DNA of 64,000 nucleotides from Epiperipatus broadwayi. Taxonomy: Eukaryota; Animalia; Onychophora. Positions 26,101 to 38,106 of the stretch are shown piece after piece (within the stretch, counting starts at the first letter, position 1; each line of letters opens with the position of its first letter). Below the pieces are notes generated by a model. That model searched no databases and was not told the DNA's origin. It worked only from the letters and a program-made list of their open reading frames with translations. The DNA is taken from NCBI GenBank assembly GCA_028023455.1, contig JAQFVV010000001.1, positions 27,466,001 through 27,530,000 on the forward strand. Reading direction: 5' to 3'. The position numbers and the translations under genes are program-made.

Positions 26101-26823
26101 TTAACACAATAATTACATTTTGATCTTTTCAAATATTTGAATGTTATTATTGTTTAATAAATAAGCGTGATATATTTTTTAAACATTTTATATTCTTTAA
26201 TATAAATTGTAATGATAAATGATGAGATAGGATGAACACTTTTCTTCTCTATTTATAGTATCTATTTGTCTAAGTTTAATGGAATGAATCAAATAATTTT
26301 CTGTCTATGAAGTATCAGATTTAAATGATTTAAACTAAATATTATTAATAAAATAACATAAACATTATAATGAACCTAGAGCATTGATATTCTAACAGAA
26401 TTTGTTGTTTTGGACTTAAAATCATAATTTTAACCCAGAAATGTAACAAATATAACTCAAAATTAAGTACTGTTTAGTATAGTAATGAATCTAATCCCAT
26501 TCATTTTTTATTTAGTCATATTTATATTTTATTATACATATAATTTTAAAATTAAATAAGAATTTAATGTCGTCATTACTATTTCTGTCATTTATTATTA
26601 TATTTTTAAATGGCAATACCATTACAATTTTGGAAATTGCTTAAAATCTGTAATACTAAGGACTCCTGATATAGTTTTTTTTCTTAGTTAAATAATTTAA
26701 AATTTTGGTTCCTTCCAGCTTGATGTTATTATTCATGTATATAATGATGGATCCCCCCTGCCCATAAACATATAAATAAAAGATAATATTTGCAAAAATA
26801 TTAATAAATATTAAAAGTATATA

Positions 26824-28338
26824 CACCTGGGTCTCCTTTTATGCAGTAGATAGATTCCACAGAAAACCCACATTAAAAAAAATCGCACAAAAATAGATTT
26901 AACTTACCTTGAAAAATGGGGGATATGTTTTGTAATTTTTAGAAATCGCATAAAAGCAAAGCAACAAGGAAAAATTACTTTAAAATTTGCATGAAAAAAA
27001 ATAAGAAAATCAAGTATGACTAATAAAAAATTTCGAATATTTGAAAAAAATTGAAACAAGACAAACTTTTTTTATTTTTTTTTATTAACTACAGTATTTA
27101 ATTTTATTCAAAAAGAATATGTTTTTATGTATAATTTATTTTACATTTTTTCATATATATTTTAATCATTATCACTATTTGACAATATGCAGTTTGTTTG
27201 TGAACTGGTAAGAAATCAGATGGCACCACCTTCAGTCTTGTGCTGTGTTAATGGTTTTCTATAGACAATGTAATCGGTGATTAAACTTTGAGATGATGAT
27301 TTTACTAATTGTTTATGAAGCTCACGATATCCAGACTGCTATGTCTAGCTGTTAGAGAATGCACTTCCACTAGTGCAACTCTCTCTCTATAATATGCTTC
27401 TATGACTGTGTTAATGATTAACAATTAAATTTTCTTTTACATATGTATATACATGGAGAAACTTTTAGACAGAAAAAAGAAGTAAAAATATTTAGAAACT
27501 TTTAAAGATATGTTTTTTTTAAGTAGAAATTAAAAGTTGTTATAACTTTTTTCTGTCTAAAAGTTTCTCCATCTGTATATGTGTATGAAAGAAAATATAA
27601 GCATACACATACATAATGCAGACATACAACTACTATTTAGCTCTCGTTGGAATTTAAGATCTTGTTCATTGCAGCAAACTCAGATTTTAGCACTTTCTGA
27701 AGTTTTTTTTGTCTCACATATCAATATAAAATATATGTTTAAATGATTATTATTTATCAGAAAATTATAAATTTTACTTCATTTGATAGATATTTTTGTT
27801 TACTACTGAAATAAATTTTAAATGTTCACATTTGTTTCTATAAATATTACAAAAATGAGATTGCAATCCAAACAAAAAGATTATATGTTATCATTTCTAG
27901 AAAGATTATTTTCAGTTTTCAAAATCAACAAAATCTTTGTTATTTCTGATTATTTTTAAAAATCTAAAAGAATATTTATTTATTTCTGTTACATCTAATG
28001 AAATATGTTTTAAAAGTTTAAAATTTTTGAATATTTATTGCGATATTTTTATACTCATGGGTATAAGTAGATTGTTTACATAGAAGCTACATTTCTAAAT
28101 TGCTTTAGACCATATTCATGTTAGCTGCTAATATAATGTTATATTTTTGAACAAAAAAGTATTTCAAGTCAAAATAAGTTATTAATAATTTATATTTCTT
28201 GATATTTAATAAATATAATGAAATATGAACTTCTTTATCGCATAAAAGAAAACCGCATAAAAAGATATTAAGAAGAAACATGAATCCCATAACTTCAAAA
28301 TCGCATTAAAAAAATCCACATAAAACGAGACCCAAGTG
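26824..28338. mobile_element. pogo/Tigger-like non-autonomous element, copy 2 (opposite orientation, with ~570-bp insertion)
   Basis: TA|CACCTGGGTCTCCTTTTATGC ... CACATAAAACGAGACCCAAGTG|TA; collinear with the reverse complement of 14786-15705 except ~27264-27834. Confidence 0.85.
27430..27595. repeat. Inverted repeat (~50-bp arms) inside the insertion in the pogo copy
   Basis: ATGGAGAAACTTTTAGACAGAAAAAA / TTTTTTCTGTCTAAAAGTTTCTCCAT. Confidence 0.85.
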
Positions 28339-31169
28339 TATATTGATTTAATCATTTTATTATTATTTTGGAAAAATTTTCAACTTGGAGGTCAAATATT
28401 GAAAAAATAGAAAATCTGCATTAATAATTCTTTTGACAAACAGTTTATTAATCAATTATTAAATGAAAACAGGCATTAATTATTTTAAGTAAATATAATC
28501 AAGGACCTACTATATATATATATTTAACTGTATCAAAGCTCAATTTATTCAAACTAGGACTTATATAGTAGTTCTCTCATATCTGTTTTATTTGTTTCTA
28601 AGTCCTTGACTTTAATATTGAAGTTCATAGTTAATAATGAATTGTACATAATAGTATATTTTTAAAACCCATATATGTATACTATATTCATTTTCAGCAT
28701 GTATCTAAATTATTTTCATACTTAAATATACAATTTAATTCCAAAATTATACATATAAAATGTCAACAACAACAAAAAATAACAAAAAAAAAAAAGCAGT
28801 AATGTAATGCAGTTATAGTAAATTGAGCGTGAGTACAGTACTTTCACATGTATATACATTCTGGATTTTTTCAAAGCTGTGTGTACATGAGAAAATATTC
28901 ACTTGATTGTCCTCTCTCAAGAAGAAAATATATTTTGTTTTTCATTCTTCTTTTGATAAGAATTGACAGCATTGAAATGCAAAAGTTATGATATATAAGC
29001 ATGTTATTATATAAAATTCTATATCTGATTTTACTTTATTCATCTGAAGATATCATGCTCTTTTTAATTTTATGCATTCTGATATTGAAATAATCAACTC
29101 CATTTGTTAAACAATAATAACATAACTTTATTCAGTAGATTGGAAATATATAATTATGAAGACTAGAATTTTATAGATGGAAGATTGATAAAGTTATATA
29201 ATTCTGAGAATAATTCATTTGATAGAGCAATATTTCCACATGTATTTTCTTTCTACCTCTTTTGGATCAACCAGCAACTATTTTTAGTTTTAAAAAAGTG
29301 AACAATATTTGATATTTTAAATTTAGTATAAATTTTAAAAAAAGTAAAATAAATTTTTTGTTCAGCCAATCACTTAGGCTGTTCTGACTGTCTACATTTG
29401 TAATAAATTATCGGTAAAAATAAAAATAATTGAAGGCTTTATTGGTGGGAGTTTATAAGTTCAAACACTGGAAGATCCATGAACCTTGAGCTACAGATTC
29501 TACCACTTTTCTGCTACACCAAGTCAAGAGGCATAAATTGTTGTTATGCAATTGACTATTTTTTATTCCCCATCTTTTTTCACATGCCTGGCTGTCGAAA
29601 TTTTTTTTTATATAGATTTAATTACCAATATTATACTTATTTTAAAGAGTAGAGTTTAATTCCAGCAATATTTTGTTGATAAATCATATTGTATATTCGA
29701 AAGACTATTCTTTATTTTTTTTTTTTGTGATCAGCATTTGGAAAGCTGTTCTGCAAGAAAACAAACACTGCACTTTTTTTTCAGCAAATCATTTTGATGG
29801 CTGTGAAACTTTAATGATGTGAACAAATTCTTTTTTAAAAAAGTTACTTTTAAAATAGTGATGTCTTTTTACAGAACTTTTAAAATTATTAAATAACTAT
29901 ATATATATATTTTAAAAAAAAAGTCCTTTTTTATTTGTTAAAAATAAAAATTAGAAATATGTCATACTTAAAGTTCAATTTTTTTTAAAATCTAGAAAAA
30001 CATTTCCACGTTAGAAAAAAAAAAATGTAGAAATTAAACAAAAAAGAGAGAAAGAGGGGAATAAAAAATTTTGTTTGGTTAATATATAAATTTGCTTTTT
30101 TAAGTTTTTTACAGTTTTTATACAATAAATTAATCTCTGTGTTTTGTTTTTTGGATGTGTGTCCCCTTACTGCCATTTTCTATATTTTTCTATATGTACA
30201 TATATGAGTTTTTCCAAAAAGTAAGATAACCCATCTTGTATTTGTTAACTTCTTTGCTTCTAGAATTGCTAAATAACTTGATCATTAACAGCAATACGTT
30301 GCTAGTACTTGCTACTCTCTTAACAGTTTATTTTGCTACCACACTTTTCATCAAAAATGGTTGGAGAATTTGAAAATATTATCTATACATTGGATGTTGT
30401 TGTTAATAAGGTAATCATAGAATATTGAGAAATACTGTGAAATTATAGTCATTAAAGTAATACTAGTGGTTTTTTTTTATGCAAATGTATGTTGTTCAAT
30501 ACAATGATAGTGATAATACACATAGTACGTAATGCATATATGTTATTGCAGCGTAATCAGACATAAATCTTAGTCTATATTTGGCATGGATTATTATTTA
30601 TAATCAGCTTTTAAGAATCATCTTTGAGGATGGAATTTCTGTAGGAAGTCCATCACATTAATTCTAAATAGACCCAAATGCTGACTTTAATTACAGATTA
30701 TAAAAAAACTTATCAAAAGTTAAAACAATGGATCAATAAATGGGTTCATTGTTTCATTAATTTGAAATTTTTAAAAACAAGGTAAGATGAAAATATTACC
30801 TTTTCAGAAATTTACATAATGCACTCTATTAAAGGTTCATTACCTGTTGGACTTATATAATGTAATATGACTTCTAATTTTAAGGCAAATTGTAATTAGT
30901 GATCATTTCTGGATGCTCCACTATGGATTGTGCCATAAAACTGAATTTGCTTATTATTATTATTTTTGAATATGATGGTAGTATATCAAAACAAAGTATT
31001 ACATGATTTTTCTAATTCATATTTAACATTTTTTATTACAAATTTTGTGCTAATAAATTTTGTTATAACAACAAAAAACAATTTTATTTCATTGGTTACT
31101 AGAGTCATCTATGTAAGCTTTAGCTTGAATAATATAAGCTGGATGAATAAATATATTCCAGTGCAGTGA

Positions 31170-32255
31170 TAAATGCCATCAGAATCTAGTCAAGGACCTT
31201 AATTGTCATTACTATCTAGTGTTCACTGATCTATGATGTGTCTAACAATCTGTGCTTGTGTTCTCTTGTATTTTGACTTCTAACTATAATGTAATGTATT
31301 AAATGCCATTATTTTGATCATGGATGCACTCATGTTCCTGTTACAATAGTTTTTCTGCCTAAACAAGCCATTTGTGATTGTCAATTTATGTGTTGTACAA
31401 AAGTTCAATAATAATAAGCCATTTGAATTTACAGTACCAATATCATTTCCAATAACTTCTAGGCAAAGTCTACTATTTCTGTTAACAGATACATTAAAAT
31501 CTCCAAAAAGAAAAATTCAATCTTTTAATGGTTTTGTGACAATAAAGCTATCCAACTAAGAATAAAAGGTTTCTGTCTGTAAATTCTCTGATTCTAGCAT
31601 TTGGCATAGGCACTAATAAAAATGAACATTAGGACTATAGTTCAAGTTGTGTTTTAATACCATTAGCCTTTCATTGACCAAGGAAAAATTCTAGCAATAG
31701 AAGATACTAAGTTAGACTGACCTGCCTTTCCAAAAAACTTGTATCCTTTTATGTGCTCTATTAAACTTTTTTCTGGAGATGGTGTACTGAAAATAACCTC
31801 ATCACTACTTAGTCACCAGCATAGTTGGGATCTCAAAGGCTTGTGTCAAATAAAGTTCGTACATTTCTTAGAAAAAAGATTTATAATATTAACCTTTTAT
31901 ATTATTACTGCTATCCATTTTATCATGACTGCTTGTATATTGCAATGAATAATCTGCTAAGTAACATCTAGTCAGACTGCATAAGACGGCCATTTTTAGA
32001 TCCTTCCACTTCCATTATAAGCAGGGCAATCCTAAATAGGGATGCCTAAAACTATGATCTTTGCCATCCGAAAAATTCCATTCCCCTCAAGTACATTTTA
32101 AACTGAACCATTAATAATTTTTCTGCCTTGAGTAAAAATCACAACTGAAAATTGTCTGCATACTAAGCCTGCCTTCCTGCCATTGCTTTCTTAATTCTTC
32201 AGGGTTTGAATTTTCAAAAACAACAACAAAAAAATTGGATTCAGAAAATGCTGTG
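31170..32255 (-). mobile_element. RTE-clade LINE 5' remnant (APE endonuclease, degenerate)
   Basis: RNVRTLFD, SLIEHIKGYKFFG, FYS*LDSFI, IFLFGDFNVSV, NSNGLLLLNFCTTHKLTITNGLF and WHLIHYIIVR in the correct order. Confidence 0.85.
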
Positions 32256-32269
32256 CATCTAGTATATAA

Positions 32270-32609
32270 AGCAGGCAAAATTCTCCATACAGTAGTGCCA
32301 CTCAGTGCCAATCAGAATAAACAATGGATGCCAGAAGGCTTGTGCATAAAATCCCTATCTAGTGCCTACTCATCCAATATCCCAAAACTAATTTCTGGTT
32401 TGTGGCCATTGTTAGTGAAGAGCTTTGGGTCTGAGGATATTGGATGAGTAGGCACAGATAGGGGTTTTATGCACAAGCCTTCTGGTATCCATTGATTACT
32501 CTGGTTGGCACTGAGTGGCACTACTGTATAGAGAGTTTTGCCTGTTTTAATAACAGTAATGTGCTAGCATGAGAAATAGTGATCATATGATGTTTAGTGG
32601 TTTAACATA
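32270..32609. mobile_element. Fold-back insertion of retrozyme-like subfamily A (older copy)
   Basis: 32270-32435 is homologous to ~9770-9925 and includes a decayed HHR; 32436-32607 is the inverted arm ending at the same TGATGTTTAGTGGTTTAA end; TSD TAGTATATAA at 32260-69 / 32610-19. Confidence 0.85.
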
Positions 32610-33059
32610 TAGTATATAATTAAAGGATTGAAATGTTATTGGACAAATACACAAATTTATTATAACAGTTAGTATAAAATATCTGATGGACGAGAAGCTC
32701 ACTATGACCAAGCTCTACAATAATTTAAGTAATTGAAGAAGGAAAAGATGAGGGCAGAAAAGCCTGTTTGTATTGGAAGCAGTATTTAGACTTTAGTCAA
32801 CAATGTGGCAGGAGTTCTTGATCAGGTATTGTTTATTTATTTATGTTGATCTTTATATTTTAAAGTCATTCTACTATGTGCCTCTTGTCAAGCCCATTAG
32901 TATCCTTAGCCTAGTATCCAGCAATTTTAACAAGTGCTTTTGTATACACAATAACAAAAATGAAATAACAGGAACTTTAATATAGTGATCATTGATCCTT
33001 GGCTGTATTGTTATGTGAACAAATTCTTTTAATCAAATAATAAATTTTTTACCTACTTT

Positions 33060-33720
33060 TATTGGACCAATATTAAAAAAACCATTACGGAATGATATTG
33101 TAATTCTTGAAGAATAAGAAAAATGCCTAAAATTCGCATTAGAGATTTAAAGTGATGAAGTAAAAAAAATATGGAACACATAAATGTAGTGATATCATAG
33201 ACAGTGTTTTAGTTATCTATTTCACTGTTTATATATTAGCTTGTATTATGCCATGCAGAAAGTTTTTAATATCTTTGAAATAATATCACTAGCAATATTG
33301 GATTAAAAAGGAAAATTAAATTGAGTAGTAGAAAAAGGAACTGTTTTACAAGCTATGGAGAGATTTCTAAAAGCAAAGATATCAGATCATAAATCAAATT
33401 AGGTGCATTGGATATATGCATAACTATTAATACCATGACACATGGGTAATGACAAAACTTTCAAGTAAAAAGAATCTTGGTATTTGAAAGAACTTGCTAT
33501 AGGAAATTATTATAGATTTAAAGAGCTTCCAATGGATAATTATATAAAAAAGTGAATGAGACAGAAATTATGTTGAAGGATATTGTAGAGGAGTTACAAT
33601 TGCTTTGCTATAAACATAGAATAAGTAATGGTTTTAAAGTAAAAAAAAACATTTTTATTTTATACAAGACACAATAAAAAGGAAGAAGACCATAATATGG
33701 ATATGTAATGTTGACAAATG
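33060..33720 (+). mobile_element. Degenerate RTE-like LINE RT C-terminal remnant
   Basis: KRILVFERTCYRKLL (cf. RIxAFExxCxRRxL). Confidence 0.45.
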
Positions 33721-36164
33721 GTACTATGTTAATTTGCATTTGTTCAGTGTTTTTGCAAAGATTGGAAAAATCTGAAGAGAGTTGGTGAAATAGAGCTTAT
33801 TACATTTAGGATTTTTCCCATGGTTTTTTGATTATATTTACAAGATATAAAAAGTAAGATTGCAATGTATTAATAATATCTTGTCAATTTAGAAAAGAAA
33901 TAAATAGCAAATACCATTTTCATATTCTGAAAATTAGTTGGAATGCAGTAAACTTGCTGATTATAAACAAACTGGCAAAAACTAATTATATAAGTCACTG
34001 AGTAATTTACAGTATATCTTGGGAAATGCTACAGCTTTATTTATTTTAATTTTTTTTTAAAATAAATTTTAGCCCATCACTTTTATATGTTATTAAACAC
34101 CAATATGACTATTATTATGTGTATATATATTTTAAAAATTGCCATACATATATAGTGTAAATAGGAAAAAAGTACTAATAATATTAAGGTCTCTATTACT
34201 TTTAAATCAATAAACCACTCGTGGTTATTTATGGTACTTTATGTATTTGTATCTAAAATTTAGATATGTCTTGTCTCAATAAGCTGGAAGAAAAAAATAT
34301 AAATATTTTCCCATTTTTTTTTAGTATTTGTTTTTTAAACAGTATATTTGTTTTTATGAGTAATTTTCAAAAAAATAAATAACATCATTCATTACAAATC
34401 TGTCTATGAGTGTTTTAAAAAATAATTTTTAACAAGTTGTTATTATAATGCATTACATATATTAAAAGTGATTTGCAGATCTTTTTACTACTTTTCTCTT
34501 AATTGCTGTAGTTTTGAAAATGAAAGTACATTCTATTAAAGTAAGAATTATATATATTTGAATAGTGACTTTTTTTTTTGAGGAAGATGAATTCAAAATT
34601 TTAGTTACATATTTATGTACAATATATATAACATCAGACAGAAATGTTTCTGTCTCTACATAATAAGGTCAAATTTATTTTGCCTGTATCATCTATGGGT
34701 ATTTTTTTCTAATAGAAAAAGGATGTACCTATTCTATCCTAATATTTATCTGTAGGCTGTTAATATGTAATATAACATAATAGAAGGTATGTTTGATTAA
34801 CCTAGAACACCACAAAGATAAAGCTTAGCTGAAATACCATGTGCTAAGTCATGGATTTGATTCTAAATCATATGTTTAAATAAATACTGTAATTGCACTT
34901 ATATTTTGGTGTGTGTTTGCATAGCAGTTATATTAACACTACTTATAATAAATCAGTTATATGTTTCTTCTTCCAATTAAAATGCTCCATCATCATCCTT
35001 GTCTTAAGTTTTCATTACATATGCTTCAGATCTTAGGACTTTCATTTTAGTTTCTTTTATTATCTCAAGATTTAACTGTATTATTATCTTTCTTTTGTTT
35101 TTTTTTCTTTTATCCTCACTATCAAAACATTAATTCTCTAAGTTTTTAATCACTCTGTTCTGTTGGCATAATTGAATCAAAATATTGAGTCTGATAATGA
35201 CAAACTTTTCATTTTTTTTTTTTTCTAAAAAATATTATCATTACAGCTTTGTTGTATGAAATTATAGGATATTCCAGATGTATTTATAATGCATTTAGAT
35301 AGTTTTTTTTTTTTAAAAAAAAAGCACAATTAACTTTGTTTATGCCATCACATATTTCACTCTATATGTATTTTATCTTAGAATTTATCAGAAAATAGAT
35401 GCACTCAATTTGGTTATTTCTGAAATAAGAAAGCCATATGGGAAATTGAATCAATAAAATAAACAAAATAGGGAGAAAAAAATCTAGATAAATTTTGATA
35501 CCAACTTTAGAAATTAATTTTTAATTGCCATGTAAGGATTTTTTTTTGTTGTAATATCTATGACAAAAGACTTTTTGTTTATATATTTTTTATTTGAGCA
35601 TTAAAAAAATATTCAAGAAAGTGTTTTCAATTGTTCTTTAAATTTTAAATGTTGCATTAAGATTAATATATAATGTTTTTTTTTTGATAGGATAAGTCAC
35701 TTCTAAACAAACGTTGAAAATTATTAATCAGCTTATGTATAGCTCTAACTTTTTAAATATACTATTGCTTATATATATATTTAAAAAATATCTTTATTCT
35801 ATGTTGCAAATTTTTTTTGTCTTCATTCAAATATACTTATGTAACATTGGCAAGGCTTTGAAATTTATGGATGTCAACAAATTGTGTATAATATACTTTT
35901 TGTGTTTTCATTGTACATATTATATATATATAATAAATGCACATATATAAGATTGCTTTATTAATAAATATTAAAAATTACTACTTCATTCATTTAAAAA
36001 TAAAATTTAAAATATAAAGTCAAATATCTATAAATTAATAAGTAGTCAGCAGACAAGTTTATTTTTTTCTATTAATAGCTCTATTTAAGTTTATATTTTT
36101 ATGAATAAAAATATTTATATACAAAATTATAAACATTAAAATTATTAAAAAAAAAAAATTTTAA

Positions 36165-36193
36165 TTTTGAACTTGTGGCTCACCTCAGTGGAG
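36165..36193 (-). ncRNA. Second, 3'-truncated hammerhead copy of subfamily B
   Basis: CTCCA-CTGAGGT-GAGC-CACAA-GTTC-AAAA, ending about 8 nt before the expected cleavage site. Confidence 0.6.
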
Positions 36194-36569
36194 TGCTGGG
36201 ACTCTAGAAACTAGATCTAAAATGCTAACTCAAAAATCAGACTTATAAAACACATTACTATCATTTTGAAAGCCTGAACTTTTCAGACACGTAAATGTCT
36301 TCAAATCCAGATTTCCAAACCAGATGGATATATGGGTCTGAATTCAGCTCAGTTTCACCATATAATAATAGCCTCTGCAATTTAGCATTGCAAAAGCCTT
36401 CAAAGATACACTTATAATACTTAATAAAACAAGTCATAAATTTCGTAACTTGCTTTTAAGCTCGCCTTTAAATGCTCAATAGAGGGAACTTACTAATAGC
36501 TGTAATCAAGCTTTATTTTATAAGTGCCGAAAGAGAAAGAATTCAAAATCTCTATTGGAAAGTCCCTAT

Positions 36570-36613
36570 CTCCAGACCAATTGATTTCGAGCTTGTGGCT
36601 CACCTCAGTGGAG
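36570..36613 (-). ncRNA. Type I hammerhead-like ribozyme with variant core (CUGAGGU)
   Basis: CTCCA-CTGAGGT-GAGC-CACAA-GCTC-GAAAT-CAATTG-GTC-TGGAG: perfect 5-bp stem I, 4-bp stem II and palindromic loop 3. Confidence 0.7.
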
Positions 36614-36636
36614 CGCCAGTTTCTAGAGTCCCACTG

Positions 36637-36673
36637 CTCTACTGAGGCAAGCCACAAGTCAATTGGTCTGGAG
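36637..36673 (+). ncRNA. Inactivated hammerhead copy in the inverted arm
   Basis: CTCTA-CTGAGGC-AAGC-CACAAG-[CTCGAAA deleted]-TCAATTGGTC-TGGAG. Confidence 0.6.
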
Positions 36674-37610
36674 ATAGGGACTTTCCGATAGAGATTTTGA
36701 ATTCTTTCTCTTTTGGCACTTATAAAATAAAGCTTGATTGGAGCTATTGGTAAGCTCCCTCTAGTGAACATTTAAATGCAAGCTTACAAGTTACAAAATT
36801 TATGACTTGTTTTATTAATTATTATAAATTAAAATTATTGTTTACTTAAATTTTTAGCAGAGTTTGGAGTTTTTAAAAAGCAGAAAGTTTATTATTTGCT
36901 TGTGACATTTTATAATTGCTGCACTCATTGGTTGCATTGTAAACCACAATTAAAATTTAAAGATTTTGTTTTATAATTTTTTTTATTTATTAATATATAT
37001 ATATATTGAAAGACTTATGTTCAAAGTCATAGTTGTGGAGGCCATTGTTGGGGAGAGGAGGAATGATAACAATGATGACTATTTTAAAAATTTAGTTCTA
37101 CAATTATTATTTTTTGAAGCAGTTAGATATTCACTGAATTTCATTTACTTCCATAATTATTTTTAATTATTATTATTATTTTTTTGTAAAAAATATAACA
37201 TTCAACTTTCAGATATCTTAGTATCTGAATATCATTCATAATAATTATTTTTTAAAAAAAATCACTATTATTAGCTTTTTGAAATAACTTTTTCAATAAG
37301 AATAAAAATTTATCATAGTTCGAAAGCATTTTTTTTATTGTATTAGATGTTCATGGTAGATTTTAAATATTTTTATAATGTAAATATATATGTATTAAAG
37401 GTCCTATTTAATTTTATAATAAAAATCTGACATAAGGAAAATCATTTAAAGTTCAAGGTCTGTTTTAATTAAAATATATTTATGTTTAATGATCTTTTTG
37501 TATATATATTTTATAATTTTTTTTCATCCCTGATACATAAATATTTAAAATATAAGTTTTTGGTATTTATATGAAAGTATAGTTTTATATGTAGTGTTTA
37601 TTTTTTCCAG

Positions 37611-37702
37611 AACATGTAGATGATATTGCAACTAACATCTTTCAGTATTTAAACATGTTGAAAAAAGAAGATCCCCAAGAATGGATTTTCAAGGAGTGCC
37701 AG
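37611..37702 (+). CDS. IDE: Internal 92-bp coding exon of insulin-degrading enzyme (insulysin, M16A metallopeptidase)
   Basis: Bounded by ttttttccag and GTAAGC. Translates (E)HVDDIATNIFQYLNMLKKEDPQEWIFKECQ, matching human IDE [30 protein letters not shown] (recalled from memory); phase 1 start, phase 0 end. Confidence 0.92.
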
Positions 37703-37747
37703 GTAAGCACTGTAACATGATATATTGTCATTAAAAGATTTAAATGA

Positions 37748-38062
37748 TATATATTGCTTATAATAACTTCTCTTATATACACATTAATGCAAAAATTTTT
37801 TTTAATAAAACTTCTTTATTTTCCTGACAATTTCGACTGTCCGGCAATCTTTATCACAGCTTCTCAAATTTCCTATATCTTTTTTTTTTTTAAAAAACGA
37901 TAGAGGAAATTTGAGAAGCTCTGATGAAGACTGCTGGACAGTTGAAACTGTTAGGAAAATAAAGAAGCTTTATTAAAATTTTTTTTTACATTAAGGTGTA
38001 TATGAGAGAAATTATTATAAGCAATATATATGAAGAAATGCAAAGAAAGTAAAGGAGATGAA
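37748..38062. mobile_element. Fold-back HHR insertion (~130-bp arms, T-run loop) 45 bp downstream of the IDE donor site
   Basis: Arms ~37748-37879 / ~37899-38030; direct repeat TTAAATGAT(A/T)TAT at 37740-52 / 38063-75. Confidence 0.8.
37919..37954 (+). ncRNA. Minimal type I hammerhead motif (same class as 20887-20925)
   Basis: CT-CTGATGA-A-GACTG-CTGGA-CAGTT-GAAAC-T-GTT-AG. The mirror copy (37824-37859, minus) keeps CAGTC-GAAA..GTC but has a mutated core. Confidence 0.65.
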
Positions 38063-38106
38063 TTAAATGATTTATGTTGTTGTTTTTTTGAAGCAAATAT
38101 ATTTAT

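Larger units (their letters stand above)
36147..36827. mobile_element. Retrozyme-like subfamily B: HHR-to-HHR 420-nt unit on the minus strand plus a ~210-bp inverted arm
   Basis: CTTGTGGCTCACCTCAGTGGAG at 36172 and 36592 (420 nt apart); inverted arms 36412-36615 / 36618-36827; direct repeat ATTAAAATTATT at 36135-46 / 36828-39. Confidence 0.85.

Noticed and set aside
30560-30760. GISVGSPS as a PLE RT motif
   Set aside because: It is a single short motif without supporting neighbours, too degenerate to call.
31170-32609. An RTE LINE carrying a hammerhead in its own 5' UTR
   Set aside because: The HHR-bearing segment is bounded by its own TSD (TAGTATATAA), so it is a later insertion into or next to the RTE remnant.
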